Shown in pieces: positions 28,878 to 40,660 of a DNA stretch of 64,000 nucleotides (positions within the stretch are counted from its first letter, which is position 1; each line of letters begins with the position of its first letter). Below the pieces are notes generated by a model. It was not told where the DNA came from and searched no databases. It worked only from the letters and a program-made list of their open reading frames with translations. The position numbers and the translations under genes are program-made. The stretch comes from Eledone cirrhosa (lineage: Eukaryota). Location: contig OZ024745.1 in NCBI GenBank assembly GCA_964016885.1, positions 76,570,001-76,634,000 of the forward strand, in the 5' to 3' direction.

Positions 28878-31800
28878 ATACATTCACCAATCCTCGATAA
28901 GAGTGTTTAAATTTCGAACCTAAACAGTTCGAATAACGGTGAAGTGGAGACTGGAATGTCATGTGACAGACTCTCACCCAGCAGGTGCTCCCTGGCTCAG
29001 CAGCTGAGACCTGGCTGTCAACCAAATACTGCTGGTGTCGGAGGAAGAAGTAGAAGGAAAAGGACCAGAACCAACTGGACGAAAGAAATGTTATGCAATG
29101 TTACCCGAAGAGTAACCCAAGGAGAAAGGCTATAGGAAACGGATGCATAACATCTGGAACGAGATTGGTCTATTTAAATTAGATGAACAAAAATTGGCCG
29201 GGCAGGCTCGGCTAATAAGAACTAATGGGTGGATAAGCGAGCTGGAACTGGAGGAACTGAGCAGAGAGATTAGGTTGGAAATGGAGGCTGGAGTATGCCA
29301 GGCAAACGAGCCAGTGGGAAATGAAGGTGAAGAGGTTGAGAGAACGGAGGAACCATCCGAAGCAGACAATGATCTGAATGCTGAAATAAACAATACCTGG
29401 AACAGAGATACGGCCATTGAGGAAATGAATGCTGACGGGCTAGGACAAGATTTGGTTGATATCCTGAACTTAGTGGTAGATGAATTGAACAATGATAGTG
29501 GGAAACTTATGAACCTAAGATTTGTAGACAGGAAAAAGTTAAAAGAAACAACAGCTAAGGTAAACAAAGTCATCCCATACCTTAAGGCGAGGAGCCTTCA
29601 CCAGTGCAACAATATCCTCAAAGATCAGAACCTTGGTGGAAGAAACGACTGAATGGTCAAATCAGGGAAATGAGAAATGACATTGGAAAGCTTGAGTCAC
29701 TACTGAATGGGACACTACAAAACATAGACACTAAAAATAGACTGGAAATAAAGTACAAAACTAGGAGGAAAAAGCTAAATATTATCGTCGAGGAACTGAA
29801 GCAAAGCATTGTAGCAAAGAGTGCAAAAATTAGGCGATACGAGAGCAGAGTCAGTCAGTATAAACAGACCGCATGTTTGACAACAACCAGAAGATGTTGT
29901 TTGGACAGCTTGAAGGGAAAGAAAGGCAACGACTTGATCCCTGAGGCGGAACAAACTAAGACATTCTGGAGAGGAATATGGCAGCAGGATGTTAAACATA
30001 ACGACCAGGCAGTGTAGATTGAGACAGTACAAAAGGAGATTAGTGAACAGGCACACCAACAAACTGATTTGAGTATCACAGTTGAAACTGCTAAGGGGCA
30101 GGCCAAAAAACTAACCAACTGGAAATCACCAGGCCCAAATGGTGTGCAGGGGTATTGGATTAAAAATATAACATCCCTCCAACCGAAACTGACAATCATG
30201 TTCAATGACTGCTTGATGTCAGGTGAGGTACCAGAGTGGTTGGCAAAAGGTACCACAGTTCTGGTAATGAAAAACCGAATCAAGGGTAATGATGTTACGA
30301 ACTATAGACCTATCACATGTCTGTCCGTAATGTGGAAACTGTTGACGAGCATTGTGTCTGAGGAAATCTACCATCACCTCCACACAAACAACTTGTTACC
30401 GGACGAACAGAAAGGATGCCGAAAGAAGTCCCGTGGTACAAAGGACCAGTTACTTATTGATAAGATGGTAATGAGGAATTGCAAGAGGAGACACACTGGT
30501 CTTGCCATGGGATGGATAGATTACAAAAAGGCATTTGACATGGTGCCTCATTCTTGGATCACCAAAAGCCTAGAGATCTTCAACGTGGCAGATACCATCA
30601 AACAGTTGTTGGGCAAAAGTATGAAGTCCTGGAAAACAGAGTTAACATCAGCTGGAGAATCCTTGGGAGGCGTGAAGATCAAGAGAGGTATCTTCCAGGG
30701 AGATAGACTGTCCCCTCTTTTGTTTGTCCTTGCCCTCATGCCCCTGACCATTATACTGCGAAAAGTGAGAGAAGGATACAAGTTGGGAAAAGGAGAGCTT
30801 ACCATCAATCACCTTCTCTTCATGGACGATCTTAAGCTCTTCGGGAAGAGTGAGAAGGAGTTGGATGTGCTTGTTGACATTGTCCGTATTTTTAGCAATG
30901 ATATATGTATGCAATTTGGTATTAATAAGTGTGGAGTCCTTGTTATGAAGAGGGGTAAATTGAGCAGAAGCAACGGAATGCAGGTACCAACAGGTGAGAT
31001 GATACAGGAAATTGACACTGAAGAAGGATACAAGTATTTGGGTGTTCAGGAGGAAGATGACATCAAGAACAAAAAAATGAAGGAATTGATAAGATCTGAA
31101 TACATTCGGAGAGTAAGGAGCGTATTAAAGTCACATCTGAACAGTAGGAATGCCATAAGTGCAGTAAATTCCCGAGCTGTGTCTATTATTAGGTACAGTG
31201 CGAGAATTCTGAGATGGAATGTTGCTGAACAAAAAGAAATGGATAGGAAGACTAGGAAGCTATTGACTATCTACAACATGTTCCACAAGAGGAGTGATGT
31301 CGATAGACTCTACTTAAGGAGATCTGAAGGTGGAAGAGGTCTTATCAGCATAGAGGACTATGTTCAGATGGAGAAAAACAACCTACACAAATACGTGACT
31401 GTTGTAGGGAGCCAATGCTCAGAATTGTACTGAAGGAGAGGACAATAGACCAGGAAATAACAACAAGGACAAAGAGCAGTCTTCATGAAAAATCCCTTCA
31501 TAGTACCTTCTTTGAGAAAACTGAATTCAGGGATCCGCAGACATGGAACTGTTTGAAAAGAGGAGACCTTAAAAAGGCTATAGAAGGAATGCTAATGCCT
31601 GCGCAAGAGCGGCCCTCAAAACGAAGTGGTTGAAACACCATATTTACAAGGAGGAGGCTAGCCCACTGTGCAGGATCTGTGGAGAGAGAGATGAGACTGT
31701 GGCTCACATTGTGTCCGAGTGTAAACACCTAGCCCAGACTCACTATAAAGGCTGGAGACATGATGTGATGGGCAGGGTGATCCACTGGCACCTATGCAAA

Positions 31801-32317
31801 GTAAACAATTTGCCACATTCTGAGAAGGGGTATGAGTATAAGCCAGAGTCGGTGATAGAAAACGATCAGGTGAAGGTGCTGTGGGATTTTAGGATACAGA
31901 CGGACAAGAAACTGGAACACAATAGACCTGACCTGGTGGTTTTGGACAAGGAAAACAGATCGTGCCTGATTGTGGATGTGGCCTACCCATTCGACACGAG
32001 AGTGCAAGAGAAGGAGAGGGAGAAAATTAACCGATACCAGGACTTAAAGTGTGAGGTAAAAAGGATTTGGAACTGCCATTAAGTCAAAGTGGTCCCGGTT
32101 GTCATAGGCGCACTAGGTACTATCTCAAAATGTTTCCAGGGATGGTTAAAGAAAATTGGCCCCGCCACGCTTTTTGGAACGCTTCAAAAGGCATGCTTGC
32201 TGGGAACAGCAAGAACCCTCCGATACGTTCTGAATATCTGAGGCTGCAGGTAGTGGCTGATATTCATTTCAACAAACTTTCCAGTTAACTAACATCAATG
32301 ACTGAGACTCAAAGAAC
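28878..32317 (+). mobile_element. Dong/R4 family A copy 1, near full length, pseudogenised
   Basis: RT (WKSPGPNG, YRPITCL, DYKKAFD, QGD.LSP, LFMDD), CRIC..H..C finger and RLE, with many frameshifts and a (TAA)n tail. Confidence 0.93.
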
Positions 32318-32366
<49 letters not shown>

Positions 32367-32368
<2 letters not shown>

Positions 32369-35300
32369 GAGATTGGTTTATTTAAATTAGATGAACAAAA
32401 ATTGGCCGGGCAGGCTCGGGTAATAAGAACTAATGGGTGGATAAGCGAGCTGGAACTGGAGGAACTGAGCAGAGAGAATGGCTTGGAGATGGCGGGTGTA
32501 GTATGCCAGACAAGCGAGCCAGTGGGAAATGAAGGTGAGGAGGTCCTGAGAACGGAGGAACCACCCGAAGCAGACAATGATCTGAGTACTGAGATAAATA
32601 ATACCTGGAACAGAGATACGGCCACTGAGGAGATGAATGCTGACGGGCTAGGACAAGATTCGGTTGACATCCTAAATTTAGTGGTAGATGAATTGAACAA
32701 TGATAGTGGGAGACCTATGAACCTAAGATTTGTAGACAGGAAAAAGTTAAAAGAAACAACAGCTAAGGTAAACAAAGTCATCCCATACCTTGAGGCGAGG
32801 AGCCTTCACCAGTGCAACAATATCCTCAGAGCAACAGCAAATACGGTGAGGAAACTACTTGGTATAAAAGCGAGAGGAAACAACAGACAAGAAAGAGCAG
32901 AGCCGTGGTGGAAGAAGCGACTGAGTGGGCAAATCGGGGAAATGAGAAATGACATAGGAAAGCTTGAGTCACTACTGAATGGGACACTAAAAAACATAGG
33001 CACTAAAAATAGACTGGAAATAAAATACAAAACTAGGAGTAAAAAGCTAAATATTATCATAGAGGAATTGAAGCAACGCATTGTAGCAAAGAGTGCAAAA
33101 ATCAGGCGATACGAGAACAGAGTCAGTCAGTATAAACAGAACCGCATGTTCGACAACAACCAGAAGATGCTGTTTGGACAGCTTGAGGGCAAAGAAAGAG
33201 GCAACGACTTGATCCCTGGGGCGGAGCAAACTAAAACATTCTGGAGAGGAATATGGGAGCAGGATGTTAGACACAATGCCCAGGCAGGGTGGATTGAGAC
33301 AGTACAGAGGGAGATCGGTGAGCAGGCACAGCAACAGACTGATTTGAGTATCACAGTTGAAACTCTTAAGGGGCAAGCCAAAAAACTAACCAACTGGAAA
33401 TCACCAGGCCCAGATGGTGTGCAGGGGTATTGGATTAAACATCTAACATCCCTCCACCCGAAGCTGACGGCCATGTTCAATGACTGCTTGGTGTCGGGTG
33501 AGGTGCCAGAGTGGTTGACAAAAGGTACCACAGTTCTGATAATGAAAGACCGAATCAAGGGTAATGATGCTACCAACTATAGACCTATCACATGTCTGCC
33601 CGTAATGTGGAAACTGTTGACGAGCATTGTGTCTGAGGAAATCTACCATCACCTCCACACAAACAACTTGTTACCGGACGAACAGAAAGGATGCCGAAAG
33701 AAGTCACGTGGTACAAAGGACCAGTTGCTTATTGATAAGATGGTAATGGGGAATTGCAGGAGGAGACACACTGATCTTGCCATGGGATGGATAGACTACA
33801 GAAAGGCATTTGACATGGTGCCTCATTCCTGGATCACCAAAAGCCTGGAGATCTTCAGGGTGGCAGATAACATCAGACAGTTGCTAGGCAGGAGTATGGG
33901 GTCCTGGGAGACAGAGTTGACATCAACTGGAGTATCCTTGGGAAGCGTGAAGATCAAGAGAGGTATCTTCCAGAGAGATAGCCTGTCCCCTCTGTTGTTT
34001 GTCCTTGCCCTGATGCCCTTGACCATTATGCTGCGAAAAGTGAGAGCAGGATACAAGTTGGGAAGGGGAGAGCTTACCATCAATCACCTCCTCTTCATGG
34101 ACGATCTTAAGCTCTTCGGGAAAAGTGAGAAGGAGTTGGATGTGCTTGTTGACACTGTCCGTATTTTCAGCAGTGATATATGTATGCAGTTTGGTATTGG
34201 TAAATGTGGAGTCATTGTGATGAAGAGGGGTAGGTTGAGCAGAAGTAACGGGATCCAGATACCAACAGGTGAGATGATAAAGGAAATTGACTCTGAGGAA
34301 GGATACAAGTATTTGGGCGTTCTGGAGGCTGATGGCATAAAGAACAAAAAAATGAAGGAATTGTTAAGAACTGAATACATTCGGAGAGTAAGGAGCGTAT
34401 TGAAGTCACATCTGAACAGCAGAAATGCCATAAGCGCAGTAAATTCCCGAGCTGTGTCTATTATTAGGTACAGTGCGGGAATTCTGAGATGGAATGTTGC
34501 TGAACAAAAAGAAATGGATAGGAAGACTAGGAAGCTATTGACTATCTACAACATGTTCCACAAGAGGAGTGATGTCGATAGACTCTACCTAAGGAGATCT
34601 GAGGGTGGAAGAGGTCTTATCAGCATAGAGGACTGTGTTCAGATGGAGAAAAACAACCTATACAAATACGTGACCTATAGTAAGGAGCCAATGCTCAGAA
34701 CTGTACTGAAGGAGGGGACAGTAGGCCAGGGGATGTCCAGGGAGGAAATAACATCAAGGAGGAAGAGCAGCCTTAAGGGAAAACCCCTTCATAGTACCTT
34801 CTTTGAGAAAACTGAATTTAGAGATCCACAGACATGGAACTGGTTGAGAAGAGGAGACCTCAAAAAGGCTACAGAAGGAATGCTAATGGCTGCGCAGGAG
34901 CAGGCCCTCAAAATGAAGTGGTTGAAGCACCATATCTACAAGGAGGAGGCTAGCCCACTGTGCAGGATCTGTGGAGAGAGAGAGGAGACTGTGGCTCACA
35001 TTGTGTCCGAGTGTAAACACCTAGCCCAGACCCACTATAAGGGCTGGAGACACGATGTGATGGGCAGGGTGATCCACTGGCACCTGTGCAAAGTAAACAA
35101 TCTACCACATTCTGAGAAATGGTATAAGCATAGGCCAGAGGCGGTGATGGAGAACAATCAGGTGAAGGTGCTGTGGGATTTTAGGATACAGACGGACAAA
35201 AAAACTGGAACACAATAGACCTGACCTGGTGGTTGTGGACAAAGAAAAAAGATCGTGCCTGATTGTGGATGTGGCCTGCCCGTTCGACACGAGAGTGCAA

Positions 35301-35610
35301 GAGAAGGAGAGAGAGAAAATTAACCGATACCAGGACCTAAAGTGGGAGGTGAAAAGGATTTGGAACTGCCATGAAGTCAAAGTGATCCCGATTGTCATAG
35401 GCGCACTGGGGACTATCTCCAAAAGTTTCCAGGGATGGTTAAAGAAAATCGGCCCCTTCACGCTTTTTGGAACGCTTCAAAAGGCATGCTTGCTTGGAAC
35501 AGCAAGAACCCTCCGATACGTCCTGAATATCTGAGGCTGCAGGTAGTGGCTTGATATTCAATCCAACGGACTTTCCAGTTAACCAACATCAATGACTGAG
35601 ATTCAAGGAA
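32367..35610 (+). mobile_element. Dong/R4 family A copy 2, 5'-truncated, the most intact
   Basis: 938-aa open frame (32402-35218) with RT and the finger CRICGEREETVAHIVSEC. A +1 frameshift in an A run near 35200 separates the RLE end (to 35534). (TAA)n on both sides. Confidence 0.95.
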
Positions 35611-35617
35611 TAACAAC

Positions 35618-35671
<54 letters not shown>

Positions 35672-36689
35672 TATAATAATAATAATAAGAAGAAGAAGAA
35701 GAAGAAGGGAAGAAGACGCACGAGGTGGTAGAAGGTCATGAAATCGCTCCCGTATGTTTTTGATTTTTAACATATTTAAATCAATTGTGAAATAACAATT
35801 CTTAGTACAAATATGCATAAACCACCGAATGAAGTCCCATAAAATTTCGGATCCATATTATATTGTTATATCGCTCAAATATTCAATTTTGTATTATATA
35901 TTTTGTATTCAAAAAAAGAAAATGGTTATAAATGGAAGAAAACACCCTCTGTCTACACTATATAGAACAGCCAAATAACAGCAATTTCACCAACACCAGA
36001 AACTTGATACACCACCTATCCCATCACACTAAATATAACAGCCAGATAACGGCAATTTCACCACCACCACCATCAATCCCGGCATGATAATAATAATTAC
36101 TATTATTATTGTCTCAAATTTTAATAAAATGTTTAATTCCAATTTTACGGGAATATGTCAACACAATATATATTAAACATACGAACACAAACTCATAGAT
36201 ACTACATATCACAAAACCCAGTAACCACAACGCCACCGCCGCCACCACCCCATCCATCATCTTGCTACCACTATCCCATCGCCGCCGCCACCACTCCTTC
36301 ATTGCTACCACCACTATTCCCCTGTTAACTTGAGAGAGAAAGGGGAAGGTGGCGGTATCACTAGACAAGGGAGAGGCTAGCAAAAGATATAAATAGATTG
36401 ACTTAGTGACCTGGCCACCGGCCAAACGTCAACATCAACAACTATGGGACTGCTGGCTCCCCCCTTCCTCACCAACAATATAAAAAGCCCCGGCACCACC
36501 ACCGACATATCCAACAACAATAACAGGCAACTACAGCAAAAAGTATATTATATTATTGTAATGCACTGGATGATTGCTGGCCTTGTGCTTGGAGTGGAAA
36601 CAATTATTAATAATTTCATTCTTAAGCCACGCAATGCTCACATTAAGGAACCACTCATGATAATAACAATTTAAAAAAAAACAACAAAA

Positions 36690-39600
36690 AGAAAACCCCG
36701 TGACCAAGAAATACCGGGATGGCGGCCGGCAGGGAATAGCCGTGTCTCTAGGGGAGAACGACCCGTCTAGTCTTGGTTGACACTCGTTCTAGAAGTGGTA
36801 ACACGAAATGATTACCCCTTGGCGGATAAGGATAAAACGCGACAAAATAAAGTTAATGTCTAATGATAAAATCTCATACCGGATCGGCCGTCACCCGGGT
36901 AAAAAAGGGCCGCGTCCCTCAGAGAGGAACCAGACTGGGGTCGAAAAATCAGCTAATGGTTCAAACCTTCCCATCACTTCGGAGCTGGAGACCTCCCATA
37001 ACCGGAATACTCCTACTGTTGGCCCTCCATGCTCACCACCAAGAAATCCAAAGAAAAAGAGAGAAAAATGGTCAAGGGAAGATAATAAAGAAGTCCTTGA
37101 GGCTTTCTACACTGCCATGTACTACCCATCAAATACATCGAATACAGAACAGACATATATCAACTGGAAAAAGAAACATCCCGAAAACAGAGGCTATATT
37201 GACAGTAACAAACTAGCCAATATACGAAGAAATATTGTAAGAAAAAAGTTACTAACTGATATAGAAATTGATCAGATCAAGCTATTAGCACAAAGACAGC
37301 GAAGGGAAAATGAAACATGTGTCAGTGAAAACGAGGTAAACTGTAACACTTCGAACCCCAGGGTTGGGGCGGAATCACTGGCAACAGAACAAATTAAAGA
37401 AAGGATCGAAAAAGTGGAGGGAGTGCATGCTCAGGATGAAACTCCAAATGAAAATAATGAGATCGTAAATGATAAAGAAATGAATGAGAATGAACTTGCC
37501 AACTTGAAGGATGAAATTATGACCGAATGGATGAAAATGAAAGAATCTGACATGGGGCAACGAGACACCCTCCCTAAGATCCAGAACTCCAAACAGAACC
37601 AAAAGATAATACACAAGACTAACATAATTCTCAAAAACATTATCATCACAAACAAACTAAACATTACTGATTTAAATCATCTCTATTATGCATCGGCTAA
37701 AGTCACCACTCACTTATGTGGAGTGAAGATGAAAAAACAAAGGAATTCCCACAAGAAATCTACTTGGCAAGAGAACATCAATCGCCAAATAAACCTTCTC
37801 CGATCTGACATAGAAATTTTAACAAACTATAAAGTAGGTGAACATGTTAAACAAACTAAACTTAGAAAATTGAAAAAAAAGTACAGTATAAAATCAACAT
37901 GTGACATAGACATGCTGATAGAAATAATCAAGCAAAAAGTGTCGGCCAAAGCTGCACGTATAAGGCGCTTTGAAAAACGATCTAGATTCTATAAGGACAA
38001 TAATATGTTCAAAAACAACCAAAGAAACTTCTACAGAAAAATTGGTAAGTCAACAATAACTGCTAAATCAATACCACCCAAGGAGGAAGGGCAAGAATTC
38101 TGGGAAAAGATCTGGGCCGAAGAAAAAGTTCATAACATACATGCCCCATGGATAGACAGACAAATGAAAGATACAGCTCACCTTGAGGAACAAATATGGG
38201 AAAATATAACAGTTGAACAGTTGCGCTTGGCTCTAAGAAAAACCAGCAAATGGAAATCCCCAGGAAAAGACAAAATACAAAACTTTTGGATAAATGCCTT
38301 CACAGAGTCTCATGAGCTGTTAGCCCAACTTTACAATGAAATAGTTAAGGAGCCAGAAAAGATACCATCATGGCTAGTTAATGGCATTACATTCCTGCTT
38401 CCGAAGAATGATGAGACAAACAATCCCAAAAATTACAGACCGATAACTTGCTTGACCACAATGTATAAAATTTTAACATCAGTCCTAACTGAATACACAT
38501 ATGACCACCTGATAACAAATGACCTATTTCCCATTGAGCAGAAAGGGTGTAAACGAGGCTCATATGGCTGTAAGGATCAGCTTCTGGTTAACAAAATGAT
38601 ACTGGAAGATTGTCATAATAGACACAAAAATCTATCGATTGCTTGGATAGATTATAAAAAAGCATTCGATAGTTTGCCACACAGTTGGATTGAAAAATGT
38701 TTAGAGATTTTCAAAATATCCCCCGTTGTCAGGAGGTTTTTGTCATTCAGTATGAAGACATGGAAAACGACACTCCTTTTGAATAGTGAAACAAAATCAC
38801 TGGAAGCTGGAGAAGTTAATATTAATTGTGGAATTTTTCAGGGTGACTCTTTATCACCGCTTTTATTCTGCATCGCACTTATACCATTAAGTAAAATGCT
38901 CAATGAAACAAAACATGGATATAAAGTCTATGACAAAACCATTAATCACCTGTTCTACATGGATGACCTGAAACTATTTGCAAAAAATGATGAACAATTG
39001 CAAGGGCTATTATCCACTGTGGAGCAGTTCAGTGATGACATTAAAATGGAGTTTGGACTAGATAAATGCGCCAAAGCAACGTTCACGAGAGGAAAGCTGC
39101 TGAAGAGTTCAGACATTAATCTTGATCGGGGGAACGTGATAAGAGAACTTGATCAAGAAAAAACTTACAAATATCTAGGTGTTTGTGAAGGAGACGGAAT
39201 CAAGCACTCGACAATGAGGGAAAGGATAAGGAAGGAATGTTACCGCAGAGTAAGAGCAAACTTAAGAACGGAATTGAATGCAAGGAATAGTTTCGATGCC
39301 ATAAACACGCTTGCCATACCAGTAGTAACCTACAGTTACAATGTCATCAACTGGTCAAGCACAGAGATCCGTAGGCTCGATACAAAAATTCGAAAATTCT
39401 TAACCATGCACAGAATGTATCACCCTAAGGCAGATATAGATAGAATATATCTCCCTAGGAAAGAAGGAGGACGTGGGTTAATCCAGTTAGACATTGCGTT
39501 GAAAACTGCAACAATTGGATTATAATATCTAAGGGAATCACATGATTGGATGATCAAACTCGTTTTGAAACACGAAAGCATCAAAAGATCATATTCCATT

Positions 39601-40640
39601 ACAAAAGATGCACAAAGATACAGTAATGGACTACAAATTTCAGAAGTCCCATTTACTGCTGAAATGGAAAACACAGAAAAAGCAAAGCGGGTAAAAGTAA
39701 CTGCAAAGAAAGAACTGCTACTGGAACTGGCTAAGAAATGGCAAGAAAAGCATCTGTATGGAAAATACCCAGAAAGAGCTAACAATCCTGATGTTGACAA
39801 AACTTTAACCCATCAGTGGTTGGCATCCTCTGGACTGAAATCGGAGACTGAAGGACTGATTATATCAGCACAAGATCAGTGTCTGCCAACAAAAAATTAC
39901 CAAGCCAACATAATAAAAAATGGATGCAGCCCATTATGCCGTGTATGCAAAAAACAACCAGAGACCATTGACCATATAATTTCAATGTGCAGTCCTATAG
40001 CTCCAACCGAATACCTAAACAGGCATGACAGAGCTGCACAATACATACATTGGATAATGTGTAAGCATTTTGACCTGCCCCATCAAAAGAATTGGTGGGA
40101 GCATCAACCACCTCCCATACTTGAAAAAGATCACATCTTGTGGAACTTTAGCATCCAAACAGACCGAAAAATAGATGCAAATAGACCTGATATAATATTG
40201 AAGGACTTTAAAAAGAGGGTATGCCTGCTAATTGATATGTCTGTTCCAATAGACAAGAATGTATCTATAAAAACATTTGAAAAATTGAGCAAGTATAAGG
40301 ACCTGGAGATAGAAATTGGAAAAATGTGGAAATTGAGAACTAAAACAATACCAGTGGTTGTAGGCGCTCTGGGAATGATACCTAAGGGGTCTAATGATTA
40401 CTTATCGCAGATCCCAGGAAACCCGCGTATAGGAGAAATACAAAAGATAGTACTAATGGGAACTGCCCATATACTAAGGAAGATTCTGTCAATATAAGTA
40501 CATCACAAGTCTAAACACTAAAGATGCATGTGTGAGTGTGTATGTTCTTCCTTGAACATGGCGGACCTTGTTGTCTCTTGAGGTCACTGGTTGTGACTTG
40601 GTGATAACTCGTATGAACATAAAGCAAGATAAATGCAACT
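36690..40640 (+). mobile_element. Dong/R4 family B, near full length, one in-frame stop
   Basis: ORFs 36808-39525 and 39550-40497 are in the same frame, split by one TAA. RT FYMDD, finger CRVC..H..C, RLE RPD..ID, and a (TAA)n tail. Confidence 0.95.
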
Positions 40641-40660
40641 GTAATAATAATAATAATAAT

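Noticed and set aside
39523-39525. In-frame stop in Dong-B as programmed readthrough or selenocysteine
   Set aside because: The codon is TAA, not TGA, and it is seen in a single copy, so mutation is the simplest explanation.
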